Assembly (NCBI GenBank): GCA_964016885.1
Contig: OZ024741.1
Span: 241,180,001 to 241,244,000, forward strand
DNA from: Eledone cirrhosa
Lineage: Eukaryota
Length of the DNA stretch: 64,000 nt
Direction: 5' to 3'
The translations under genes were made by a program, and so were the position numbers. A model generated the notes under the pieces. That model worked only from the letters and a program-made list of their open reading frames with translations. It did no database searches and had not been told where the DNA came from. The first letter of the stretch is position 1; each line of letters opens with the position of its first letter. Positions 41,703 to 54,868 of the stretch are shown here, in pieces.

Positions 41703-43447
41703 AATATGGTTTTATAAATATAGTTTCCATTTATTAATATCATTGTATATATATATATGTTCAGAAAGGTTTTACTAGGAGAGACTTGATAAACTCACCT
41801 ATGCATACATTCACACACACACACACACACATACATGTATGTATGTATGTATATATATATATATATATTTGTGTGTGTATGTGTGTTAACAAATGTTTCA
41901 CCAGAAGTTTATTAGAACTACCACATCAATAATGAGAGAGAGTAGAAGAGAGAGAGAGAGAGAGTAGAAGAGAGCGAGAGAGAGAGAGTAGAAGAGAGCG
42001 AGAGAGAGAGTAGAAGAGAGAGTGAATTGATTCCAGTACTTGCTTGGTTGGTGGCTTTACTTATCAATACTGTAAAGACTTTCATCCTCACATGGTTGAT
42101 AAAATAAAGTACCAATCAAATACAAGCACTGCTATATTCAACCGTACTAGTAATTCTCAACCTTTACCTTACGAAGAACCCTCTTTAATTTAAATGAATC
42201 CCTGCTTCCCCTGCTACAATTATTTCCCCCTCCAGAGGGTTTATAAGGTAAAAATAACAATCGAAAAAGAGAAATCTTTCAACTTCGAAAAAAATGGCAG
42301 CCCAGTAACATGCATCATCATCTTCATCATTATCATGATACGTTTATTTCCCCTAGTGGCAAGAGTTAGATGTACCATCACCGACTGGTCAGCACTGAAG
42401 TGGAGCCGCTGATCTATGAGTGTGCCAAGGCATAACATATAATCTCATGCTCTACTGAATGCATTTTCTCATACTACCAACACTAGAGAAATTGCCATTC
42501 CTTCGACACAGCTGAAGAGACCATATGACAATTTGGTTGGTAAGTTTTCTATAGCTAGAGGCCTTGCCTATCACCACCTTCTTTACAGAGTGTACTGTGT
42601 ATACACTCAGTTTACAGTGTGAACAGGGTACAGACATAGGTAGTCTTAGTGTAATACTCAGGGTGATTCAGTATGATATAATGTATGACAAGATTAGCCC
42701 TTTGAATTACAGACACAGTCCAGTCAATATGCTTCCAAAAAGTTTCCATCCAGTTTCACTCACAGGGCTTTGTTTGGCCTGAGGCTATGGTAAATGATAT
42801 TTGCCCAATGTCATGTAGTGGAATCAAACTTGAGATCTAATTATTGTGAAGCAAAATGTTTAACCATTTGGCTATACTGTTTCTATAGAATATAGATGAA
42901 CAATAATAAGCCACAGGTCAAATCTCTTTAATCTGTTGACCTTGAGACCAAACAATTTCCAGACAAGAATTTCCCCTATGAGGAGCCCCCTATGTAAACA
43001 TAGTGCATTGCCATGTTATTCCATTTATATATATATATATATATATTGTTTTTAATGATTTATTAAAGCTAGAGTAAAGCTTAGAACAAAATAGCTGCTG
43101 ATGCTGGACTTCCATTGGTTTCAACAATGGTTGTTCCAGTTACTTGATCAACAGAACAGACTGCTCATGACCCCTTAATATGTATGTGACTAAGCATTTC
43201 AAGGACACATGTACCCTTAATGTAGCTCTCAGGGAGAATCAACATGACACAATGTGTGACAAGGCTGGTCCTTTGAATTGCATGTACAACTTATTTTCAC
43301 CAGTTGAGTGGCCTGGAGCAATATGAAATAAAATATTTTGTTCAAGAACACATCATGTTGCTGGGAATTAAACTCACAACTTAACGATCATGAGCTGAAC
43401 ATACTAACCACTAAGCTACGCACCTTCACAACAGGAAATAAGACAAC

Positions 43448-43642
43448 TAATAATTGTTTCTACTTTTGGCACAAGGCCAGCAATTATCCCAGTACATTAC
43501 TGGTACTTTATTTTATCAACCCCCGTAAAGATGAAAGGCAAAGTTAACCTCGTTGGGATTTGAACTCAGATCGTAAAGGCCGTAACTATATATAGCAAAG
43601 CATGGTGTCTGACCCTCTACTGATACTGCCAATCCACTGCCC
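43448..43642 (-). mobile_element. SINE family A, full-length copy (followed by a partial tandem copy 43653-43760)
   Basis: Reverse complement of the family A consensus; caactaataat is repeated at the junctions. Confidence 0.8.
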
Positions 43643-45059
43643 CTAATTCAACTAATAATTGTTTCTACTTTAGGCACAAGGCCAGCAATTACCCAGTGCA
43701 TTACTGGTACTTTATTTTATCGACCCCATAAGGATGAAAGGCAAAGTCAACCTCGGCGCAACTAATAATGATTCTGAACAAGGTTTTTATCGTTTTATGT
43801 AATATAAAATCTAAAGCTGATTTAGGCAGAGAGCCAGTAATTGTTAGGGAGGGGAAAGATGATAAACTTTATTTTATTGACCTCAAAAGGATGAAAGTTG
43901 ACCTTGGCTGGGTTTGAACTCAGAAAGTAGAGAGCCAAAACAAATACCACCAGGCATATGTTCAACACTCAAAAGATTCTGCCAATCCACTGCCTTAAAG
44001 CCAAAATAATAATACTATGTACATGCAGACAAATTACAGCATGCTGGACCATGGGAATTGCCAAACTCTGGAGTGTAAAATTTAAGAGGTACAGCCTGTA
44101 TTTAAGATCATGGAGTCTAATGTTCTAACATAACTGGAGCTATCACAAAATGATTTCAAACATAGATACAAGGCCACAAATTTGTTGGCAGGAAGGATAT
44201 AGGTTAGTGGTTCACAACTGAGGCTTCAGAAAGACTATATTATGGGTTTGTGAACTAAGTTCAAAATGTCAAACACTTTGTGAAGAACATAATATGTATA
44301 TAACAACATCCCTAGTGTTGGTGATCGTGTATACAAATAAAAATAAGTTCTGACTTATTAGTACTTGGATACTTTAATGCAAATCTATGCATAAATGCAC
44401 AAGTATGTATACAATTTATATAAATGTGACTGTATATATGTGAGTATGAGTGTATGTCTGCATGTATATGAATATATATATGTTTATCAATACATATGAG
44501 TATAAATACCGGCATATTCATATGTGGGTTTATTTGAATCTGTGAGTAGATGTGTAAATATGTGTATATATGAATATGGATATGTACAGGCATATAATGA
44601 TGAGCAAGTTTGCAAGCATGGATATATCTACAGGCAAAAGTATGTTATCCTTAAATATTTTAATCCAGGAATAGTTAATGACAGATATACTACAGTATAT
44701 CTGAATTATATTTTTATCAATTGAGGTATGAATTACTAATGCTATTAGTACAACAAATCTGAGGGCTTATCAGGCCGGTGCTTATCCCAGGTCCTATGGC
44801 ATGAAGCATCTGAGAATACAAAACTCCCCCTTGGACAGGAGGCCAGCCCATCACAGGCTTAAACCCCCAGCTATTACTGGTACACATTTTCACCTACGTA
44901 TACTGGAGAAATGTGAAATGGAGTGTTTTGATCAAGAACAGAACACACAACTCAGTCCAGGAATCGAACATTATGATCATTGGTCCAATGCCCTTATCAC
45001 TAGGCCACATGCCTCCACCCCATACAACAAATAGGACACCATTATATATATCATTTATA

Positions 45060-45250
45060 GGCGGTGGATTGGCAGTATTGGTAGAGTGTCGGATGCCATG
45101 CTTTGGTGCATAGAGTTACGGCCCTTGCCATTCTGAGTTCAAATCCCGCCGAGGTTAACTTTGCCTTTCATCCTTACGGGGTCGATAAAATAACGTACCA
45201 GTAATACACTGGGTTATTGCTGGCCTTGTGCCTAAAGTAGAAACAATTAT
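45060..45250 (+). mobile_element. SINE family A, full-length young copy
   Basis: ggcggtggattggcagtattggtagag...gagttcaaatcccgccgagg...gtagaaacaattat. Confidence 0.85.
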
Positions 45251-45719
45251 ATATATCATTTATTTATATTTACTTATTACCATTATCATTACTATTAAAA
45301 TCGTTATTATATTTTAAGTTTACTCATTTCTTTCACTGGTGATGATATTTAATTTCTGCAGCTCCCAAACCATGGTTCCACTGTGAGAACCGTTTGGCAC
45401 GTCCACCTGACCTTTCTCTCCTCATAATGGTGCCATCCAGTTCCACACTGTAAATGTGGTTGGGGCTCTCAAACTGGTTCCACTGTGAACAAGGTACGGT
45501 GCAGCCAACTGGTCTGTCCCTCCTCATAACAGTGCTGTAAATGTGGTTGGTGTTAGGAAGGGAATTCAGATGTAAAATTCCTGGCCAAATTTACAGTTCT
45601 GTCTGAATAAGGAATCACACTGTTAATCTAACCAGCCTTGTCTCATCACATAGATGACCTGTCTAATTCAGGCAAACGTGGAAAATGGATGTTAGATGGT
45701 GATGATGATGAATCAACTC

Positions 45720-45860
45720 AAATGACCTCAAATTGTTCATAGTTCCCAACAAAGTAGATTTTTGCAGAGTAATTATATTTGGTGAAATGCCAATTTCCTT
45801 CAAATGACATTTTAAGTTATTATTGACTGATCCTATTGTTCCTTTTAGTATTGATATCGT
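45720..45860 (-). mobile_element. Second, older R4/Dong-like 3' fragment
   Basis: ISILKGTIGSV...LKEIGISPNIITLQKSTLLGT parallels the C-terminus at 46741-46900. Confidence 0.55.
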
Positions 45861-46405
45861 TTTTTTCTTTGTGTGTGTTTTTATCTCACACCCTACCAAT
45901 TTTGACTCTACACTCTCAACTATTTTTATTATTATTATTCCCCTACATGTCGGCCCTTGTGGCTAATAAATGAAATCATTATTATTATTATTATTGTTGG
46001 TGGATTGGCAGTATCGGTAGAGGGTCGGGCGCCATGCTTTCTAGCATAGAGTTACCTCTCTTTATCATCTGAGTTCAAATCCTGCCGAGGTTAACTTTGC
46101 CTTTCATCCTTACGGGGTTGATAAAATAAAGTACCAGTAATGCACTGGGATAATTGCTGGCCTTGTGCCAAAAGTAGAAATAATAATAATAATTATTATT
46201 ATTATTATTAATGCTTTTTTAATGGGCTATCTCCACGATGGCCCTCGGACGTCTCCCCCCTATTGGGGAATTTTTCATTGTTCTTTTTTTGTTACATCCT
46301 CTGTTTTTTTTTTACATGCAAAAATGCCCATTTGTACTGTCCTGTATTGTCCTGTACTGTCCTTAATGTCTACTTTGTTTAAACCCTTGTGGTTAATAAA
46401 GAAAG

Positions 46406-46438
<33 letters not shown>

Positions 46439-46600
46439 GAGGGTCAGATGCCATGCTTTGACGCATAGAGTTACGGCCCTTGCCATTCTGAGTTCAAATC
46501 CCGCCGAGGTTAACTTTGCCTTTCATCCTTACGGGGTTGATAAAATAAAGTACCAGTAATACACTGGGTAATTGCTGGCCTTGTGCCAAACGTAGAAACA

Positions 46601-46656
<56 letters not shown>

Positions 46657-46662
46657 CATTAT

Positions 46663-47086
46663 TGTTCTTTGAGTCTCAGTCATTGATGTTAGTTAACTGG
46701 AAAGTTTGTTGAAATGAATATCAAGCCACTACCTGCAGCCTCAGATATTCAGGACGTATCGGAGGGTTCTTGCTGTTCCCAGCAAGCATGCCTTTTGAAG
46801 TGTTCCAAAAAGCGGGGCGGGGCCAATTTTCTTTAACCATCCCTGGAAACTTTTTGAGATAGTACCTAGTGCGCCTATGACAATCGGGACCACTTTGACT
46901 TCATGGCAGTTCCAAATCCTTTTTACCTCCCACTTTAAGTCCTGGTATCGGTTAATTTTCTCCCTCTCCTTCTCTTGCACTCTTGTGTCAAATGGGCAGG
47001 CCACATCCACAATCAGGCACAATCTTTTTTCCTTGTCCACAACCACCAGGTCAGGTCTATTGTGTTCCAGTTTCTTGTCCGTCTGT
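46663..47086 (-). mobile_element. R4/Dong-like non-LTR retrotransposon 3' end (restriction-like endonuclease domain)
   Basis: QTDKKLEHNRPDLVVVDKEKRLCLIVDVACPFD..EKINRYQDL..VVPIVIGALG..LQKACLLGTARTLRYVL* carries the PD..D RLE motif. The 3' end runs into a (TAA)n tract. Confidence 0.85.
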
Positions 47087-47180
47087 ATATTTTATGGAGT
47101 TTCTGTGATTTATTTAAACCTGTTGAAGGATACTTTAAAGATCCCTATCCATTGATTCAGTGTATTTTGTGAATGCAAAT

Positions 47181-47211
<31 letters not shown>

Positions 47212-47604
47212 TTCATCTATTCATTTATACCTCCACTCACCCATGCGTACACATGCACACACACATACATGCATATATACATACAGATACAAACACACAT
47301 GCATGCACATGAATACATACATACACATGTGCATGCATACATACAAACACACATACATGCACATACATGCATACATACATACACATGTGCATGCATACAT
47401 ACATACACATGTGCATACATACAAAGACACATACATGCATACATTCATAGTATAGTTATATGGAAGAGGAAAGGAGGCAATCATCAGAATGAACCATGGA
47501 ATCTACGTCTCCATTAGGCTTTTCATCACTAATGCTATCTGCTGGTAGGAACTCCTGGCAGAAATATCACTTCTTTTACTGGGGCAGGAAGCAGAATTTG
47601 AACC

Positions 47605-47938
47605 CATCATCATCATTTCATTTTACGTCCACTTTTCCCTGCTTGCAAGGGTGGGATGGGAACTGATTCTGGCTTGATTTCTACAGCTGGATGCCCTTCC
47701 GAACACCAACCTCATTTACAATGTGGACTGGGTGCCTTTTTGCCGTGGCACCTCCACGGCCACTTTGCAGTGGAATGATAGGGACCCCAGTCCCTATCAT
47801 CTCATTTCTACAGCTGAGTAAACTGGAGCAATGTGAAATAAAGTGTCTTGCTCAAGGAAACAACACATCGCCCGGTCTGAGAATTGAACTCACAACCTTT
47901 CGATAGCAAGGCCAATGCTCTAACCACTAAGCCATGTG
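47605..47938 (-). mobile_element. SINE family B, near-identical inverted copy of 19759-20095
   Basis: ORF-track peptides 19373..20005(-) and 47691..47906(+) are almost the same, reflecting DNA identity. Confidence 0.85.
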
Positions 47939-48067
47939 TATGCATATTACACACAGTCAGAACAGTTGCTGTAAATCATTCTGTCTGATTCTCTGACAGT
48001 TCCACCAATCCTCACCCCTGGCCAGGTACTATACTTATTGACACCGAAAAAAAAATGAAAGGCAAAG

Positions 48068-48643
48068 TTGACCTCGACGGGATTTATACTCTTGACCTCG
48101 ACGGGATTTATACTCTTGACCTCGACAGGATTTATACTCTTGACCTCGACGGGATTTATACTCTTGACCTTGACGGGATTTATACTCTTGACCTCGACGC
48201 GATTTATACTCTTGACCTCGACAGGATTTATACTCTTGACCTCGACAGGATTTATACTCTTGACCTCGACGGGATTTATACTCTTGACCTTGACGGGATT
48301 TATACTCTTGACCTCGACGGGATTTATACTCTTGACCTTGACGGGATTTATACTCTTGACCTTGACAGGATTTATACTCTTGACCTCGACGGGATTTATA
48401 CTCTTGACCTTGACGGGATTTATACTCTTGACCTCGACGGGATTTATACTCTTGACCTCAACGGGATTTATACTCTTGACCTTGACGGGATTTATACTCT
48501 TGACCTCGACGGGATTTATACTCTTGACCTCAACGGGATTTATACTCTTGACCTCGACGGGATTTATACTCTTGACCTTGACGGGATTTATACTCTTGAC
48601 CTCGACGGGATTTATACTCTTGACCTTGACGGGATTTATACTC
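48068..48643. repeat. 24-bp minisatellite (about 24 copies) inside a minus-strand SINE
   Basis: Unit TTGACCTCGACGGGATTTATACTC, flanked by the SINE sequences atgaaaggcaaag and ctcagggcgcagagc. Confidence 0.95.
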
Positions 48644-49385
48644 AGGGCGCAGAGCAGAGAGACAGAATAAATATTTAGTCTGCTGCTCTGTCGACTTTGT
48701 CAATTTACCCGTGTGTGTGTGTGTGTGAGAGAGAGAGATAAGCACACATATGCACACATGTAATCATCCTCATCCTCATCATTTTAAGTTTGCTTTCCAT
48801 GCAGACTGTTTTAGGAATTTTAGAGAATATTGAAGAGTACTTTTAGACCTCCATACATATCATTGATGTTTCAGTTGTGTATGTATCTGTATATATATAT
48901 ATCCTCATCGTTTAATGGCCACTTTCAATGCTAGTATGGGTTAGACAGGTTGTCCCATTTGAGGTAAGTTGGGTCATGTGACTATGTCTTGCTTATATAG
49001 AATGTTCCTGGCTAGAATTCTACAGCTAGTTGCCCTTCTTAATGTCAACCACGTTTGCAGTGTGTGCTGACTGCTTTGTGTCATGACTCATACATTACCA
49101 CTTTACAGTGTGGACTGGGTGTTATATATATAAGAGAGAGAGAGAGAGAGAGAGAGTTCAGTTTAACATGTTTATTCCAATATATGTTTCATCAGTGATC
49201 AGGTTCAAAACCATTCTCAATTACATAACATTATGTAATGATATGTCCTGACTCCATAGACCACTGGTTCCAAGTTTAAGTCACATCTTTTTCCACGAAA
49301 ATACAATGAAGACTCTGGTGTGACTCTTACAAGAGTGTATATGTCATGTAAACCTAAATAGGAGTTTCAGACTAGGAGACACAGC

Positions 49386-49441
<56 letters not shown>

Positions 49442-49442
49442 A

Positions 49443-49516
<74 letters not shown>

Positions 49517-49881
49517 TTTATGTGTGTGTGTTAAAAACAGATTGGTGATTTGAGTACTATTAGTTGAAGTTGTGCGTGAAGGGGGAGATGTAAGATTATA
49601 AATTCTGTTTATTCTTGAAGTAGAAGTGTAAGACAGTGCAGAAGAGTGGACATAGAAGGGTGAAGATGACATAAAGTAAGAGAGAGATTTTATCAATGAG
49701 GTTTACTCTTAATGTCCTCTGCAACATGAAACCACTTTGAAAAGTATAAAGCAGCCATAAGACTGGGATCATATTTAAATCTATAGGCTTTACTTTAGAT
49801 TACTGCAAATTTTCACTACAAATTTGTCTATTGGTAAAAACTCTATAAACATCTTTGTTATCATGGAACAAACTACCTTCA

Positions 49882-50125
49882 TCAGTTATTAACTGTCGGG
49901 ACACTGCATTCTTCGAAACCTCCATGCTTCCCGAAATTCGCCAATACTACATCTGATATTCCCCCTCCATACACATGCACACATGTCTGTGTATATATCT
50001 TGACTCATACACTGTTCACTTTCTTGACTTTTATACATTATTCTATGTACTATACACACACCTTTGATGAGTTGTAGTGCACCTGAGCATTGTACACAAT
50101 AATTTTCATTATCATTATTATTATT
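49882..50125 (+). mobile_element. CR1-like LINE 3' UTR fragment
   Basis: Matches 55990-56220 (gacactgcat..catgcttcccgaaatt...gttgtagtgcacctgagca). Confidence 0.8.
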
Positions 50126-50489
50126 TTTAAGGGCGGTGGATTGGCAGTATCAGTAGAGAGTCAGACGCCATGCTTTCCTTTCCAGCATAGTTACGTCCCT
50201 TTACGGACTGAGTTCAAATCCCGCCGAGGTTAACTTTGCCTTTCATCCTTTCGGGGTCGATAAAATAAAGTACCAGTAATGTACTGGGTAATTGCTGACC
50301 TTGTGCTTTTAGATATTTTCTAATATACCATTACAGGAAGTCAAAAGCTAAGAACATTGCGAGTCACTGAAAGTGATATTTCATTGAATAGACACAATGC
50401 AGTGCTAGTGATAACATATATTGTTTACACTATTGATACTGTGGTGTCTATACAGAGCTAGGCATACTGGGTTGTTCCTTCTCAATAAT

Positions 50490-51080
50490 CTTAGTTACTT
50501 GGCAATCTGACCATCTAAGTTGATTGTCCAGTACAGTAGTAACCACATGGCTATGTGACCATTCAGTTACTTGTCTAACTAATGATCTTGGTATTTGGTT
50601 ATTTTACCACTTCAGTTGCTTGTCCAGCACACTAGCTGACCCTCTCAGCCGGTTGTCTAGAACTCTAGCTATTAGGCTATCTGACCTCTTCAGTTGGTGT
50701 ATAGTTACAGCTTGTCTATCTGACCGCCTAGCTATGTAGTTGTTTGATCTTTTAGCAACTTGGCAATCTGACCACATCAGTTGGTTGTCCAGTACTCTAG
50801 CTACTTGGCATTCTGACCTACGTTGATTGTCCATTACCCTAGCTACTTGCCAATTTGACTTCAGTTGATTGCCTGTATCTTAGCTACTTGCCAATTTGAC
50901 CGTTTCAGTTGGTTGTCCAGTATCATAGCTAGCTATCACTCTGACCATCTCAGTTGGTGTGTCACAGTTGCTTGACTATTTGACCACATAGCTATTTAGT
51001 TGTCTGATCTCCCAGCTACTTGGCTATATGACTACCTCAGTTGGCTGTCCTGTCCCTTAGCTACTTGGCTATCTGACCAC
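50490..51080. repeat. Degenerate tandem repeat of about 45 bp
   Basis: Recurring tagctacttggc..tctgacc...cagttggttgtccag. Confidence 0.7.
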
Positions 51081-51686
51081 CATCATCATCAACTTCTGAA
51101 GGTTGATGATGATGATGATAATGGTGGTGAGATGATAATGCTGCTGATGATGAGAATAATGATGAAGATGGTCATGATGATAACGAGGGTAATGATGATA
51201 ATAATGGTACTTTATTTTTATCAACCCCGTAAAAGTAAAAGGTCAAGCAAACCTTGGCAGGATTTTAAATCACGATATAAAAGGTTGTAACTCTATGCTA
51301 CAAATCATGTTATCCGATGCTCTAAGGACTCTGCCAAACCACCACCCTTATAATGATTTCTGATACTAAAGGTAATGATTAATACCAGTGTTATGTCATG
51401 GTTAACATATTTACTTTATGTTTGATATGTTTGATTAGTTTTGGTCAGCTCAGATCAAGAAGACCTTGACTTCAGGTATAACCTTCTTTATTCTGTCAGC
51501 CAGGGCCTTGGGGCAGCCAGTGTGTGGGACCCCATTTGCTCATAATAGTGAGAGAGATGGAGGCAATGACAATGGAAGTTTGGTTCCTCTGTTTTCGGAC
51601 CTGGTGTATACATGTGTGTAATTTTACACTATCAACTCTTTCCCTTCTATACACACATACACACACACACATACACATACATACAT

Positions 51687-51742
<56 letters not shown>

Positions 51743-52486
51743 TACATACATATACACCAGCAGAAGAGGTAGGATGAGAGAATCTAGTTTCCAGCTGAAT
51801 ATATTACAATTATTCATTTTGTTCCTCTCAGTTTATAGAGAAGGGAAGTTAATGTCTGACAATGTTATTAAGGTCTAATATATAGATTTGACTGTGTATC
51901 CAACCCTCACATTTACCTCTACAATAAACAAACCTAATTGATTATAAGTTGATGTACTGAACAACATATACAAACCCTTCTTAATTAATTGAAATTTCTT
52001 TCTTCATTGGTGAAAGAAAATACAAACAAAAAAGAAAAAAAAGAACACAAAGCAAAAAGAGATAGTGGCAATTGTTAGCCACTTTCAAAGAGAAGGGGGG
52101 ATTATTTCAAAATATTAAGAATTAAGTTCTAATCTTTGTTAGCAGGCTTAGTGTTGATTAAGGACATTAAGCCTTATTGAACTTCGTCAGCAACTCTAAC
52201 AATTACCTCTACATTTTTCTCCAACTAAAAGATAAATTTCAATTAACTGAGAATGTTTTACACTGTTCAGTACCTTATCCTCTTAGCATATTTATCAAAA
52301 TTCAATCTATTGATTGACTTCAATTATTTCTCTCGAGCTAATTTAAATATATGTGTATATATTTATGCAAATTAATTCTAATGGATGGAGGAAATGAAAT
52401 AGGATTTAAGTGACAAACTAGACATTGTTTTGAAGAAAGTGAGTGTTTGACAACATAGACATGCATCAATGTCCATTGTTATTTAC

Positions 52487-54868
52487 CTTTGTTAATTTTG
52501 GTAAAGTTGTAACCATTGTTGATGTTTTCCATTCATTCTGTGATTCTTCTTCAGGATAAAACTGGTTTTTAGATTTCATTGATTGTGTGTTTCTATTTAA
52601 CATCTCCTCTGGGTTCCCAGCAAGGACTATTGGGTTACTTGTTTGATAAATTAGTTGTTTCATCTCTGTTCTTGATTGATATGGTTGATTTTCTGTTGCA
52701 GCATTGTTTCTCTGGTTATTGCACCTGATTGCTGTAACTGTGATGAATATAACGATAGCAATAGACAGTAGCACTGCTACAACAACAATGATGATCACTA
52801 AATTTATATCTATCATATCTTCAGACTGTACTTGAACGGCTGAGAAAGCCGTGAATGTCTCGTTACTAACAGTCAGAGTCAATGCCACAACAGTAGTTGC
52901 TGAGAGTACTGGGGTTCCACTGTCTTTCACTATAAATTGAAGGTCATATGAACCTGCATCATTTTGGTAAACAGTTCGAGAGAAAGACAGAACCCCTGTG
53001 TAAAAATTAACAGAAAACAGATGTTTTTCATTGCCTGAGATGATTTCATACCTAAGGAATGAGTTCTCCCGACTATCCCTGTCAGATGCCCGCAGAACGG
53101 TGATGTCATTCTTACTTTGGGGATAATAATGAATGTCTAAACTGAATGGGCTAACACTGGGGAAAGTGAAATAAGGAGCATTATCATTTTCATCCATGAC
53201 TTCCACAATGATGTTAGCTGTGTTATTTAGAGATTTCACTCCATTGTCTTTAACAAACACTTTAAATCTATACACATCTTGCTGCTCTCTATCTAATGAC
53301 TGTGTGGTCAATATGAAGCCATTTTTTGTTATAAACAAGGGAAGATTACCATCATCTTTTAAGGAATAGGTCAGCTCTCCTCCAGGACCCAAATCAGGGT
53401 CTGTAGCATCAATAAAACCAATAGGGAAATTTGGAGGTTTATTTTCATAGGTGAGGAATTTGTATGTCAGTTTAGTAAACTGTGGTTGTACATCGTTGAC
53501 ATCAATAACTTGGATGGAGAAATTTCTTTTTGATTTCAATGGAGGATTTCCTTGATCTTCACAGCTAATCGTGATATAATAATAATCTTCTACTTCTCTG
53601 TCCACTGAACGTTTCAGTGTTATTTTGAATTCTTTAGAACCCAAACTCAACAGTTTGAATACTTCATGTTTGAGGTCACATGTCACTTCACCATTTGGAC
53701 CCAGGTCATTATCAGTGACCATCACATAAGCAATAAAACTGCCAACTTCGATATCTTCAGGAATTGCAGTGGAATTTTCTGATATTGCTGATACAAAGTC
53801 CACACTGATGGTGGGGCTGTTGTTTTGCTGATTGATCACATTAACAAGAACCATGGCTGTGGAGCTGAGAGAGGGCTTTCCTCCATCAATAGCCTCCACA
53901 AATAATTTGTATGTTTGTTTCTGACCCGGAACAAATGTTTCCTTTAACAAAATTTCACCAGAATCTGGCTTCAAATAAAAATTCTTTTTGTCAACATTTA
54001 ATGTCTTTGGACTGAAGTGGTAAAAAATCTTTTTGTTTTCTCCAATGTCCGAATCTGTGGCTGACAATGTAATGATTGGTATATTTTTATTGTGACTACT
54101 TTTTATGGAGACATTAAATGAATTCTGATGGAAAATTGGTAAATTATCATTGACATCTATAACAGAAATTTGGACGTTTAAAATTCCAACTTTTGGTGGG
54201 GAACCACCATCTTTGGCAATAATTTGAAGTGAGTAATTCCCTTTAACTTCTCGGTCTAACTCTTCGTCAAGAAGCAGATCAATCTTAGATCTTCCATCCA
54301 CACGTTTTGTAACAGACAATGAAAATGGCTCATTTGGGTTCTTCCGAAGTTCATATTTTATCAAGGAATTTAACACACCTATATCTTTGTCTACAACATT
54401 TGGAATTGGTTTCACTGTTCTAGTTCTGTCTGATTCAAGGAAATGAAGGTTAACTTCTTTCACTGGAAACTCAGGTTGGTGGTCATTGATGTCTTCTATT
54501 ATGACTTTAATTTTTAATATCTTCATAAATGTCTTTTTCTGGTGAACAGCTACTTTGATGATTTTAGAACATTCCTTGTTATATATACATAGAACCTCAG
54601 CATCCAATCTCTGGGCAGTGAACAACCTGCCATGTTTACTGATATTAAACAGTTGGGAAGTTCCAGAGACTTTCCGCTGGAGTTGACTGAAAGATATTCG
54701 TTCATGTTCATCAATGAGAAAACCATTAAGAAGAGGGGAGTCAATTGAAATGTCCCCAATAAAGGTCCCAGGACTTCTTTCTTCCTCTATATGGTAAGTA
54801 AGGTCCACAGAAAAACTTCCATGAAGGATGAACAGAATTAGCAGTCCGACCAGTGTATTGGGGTTCAT
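52487..54868 (-). CDS. PCDH: Protocadherin, large ectodomain exon (signal peptide, EC1-EC6, TM, proximal cytoplasmic tail; 794 codons)
   Basis: ORF 52466..54919 contains the signal peptide MNPNTLVGLLILFILHGSFS, EC1 with a C-x5-C motif (LCIYNKEC), linkers DINDHQP, DVNDNLP, NQQNNSP, DVNDVQP and DENDNAP, LDRE/DxD motifs, and the TM segment INLVIIIVVVAVLLSIAIVIFITVTAI. Acceptor ttttcattccAG gives exon start 54894. Donor AAG|GTAAAT after LPKLTK at 52487 is phase 0. Confidence 0.95.

Noticed and set aside
47452-47554. Possible phase-0 exon EFLPADSISDEKPNGDVDSMVHSDDCLLSSSI* with vague likeness to exon 2
   Set aside because: Weak pyrimidine tract, no phase-1 donor, and similarity too short to trust.
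48055-48678. CRISPR-like array or LDLDGIYT repeat protein
   Set aside because: Head-to-tail identical units without spacers, derived from a SINE; no cas genes; eukaryotic context.
51496-51600. GC-rich segment after caccAG as a candidate exon
   Set aside because: No polypyrimidine tract; looks like the end of a MITE or hAT remnant.
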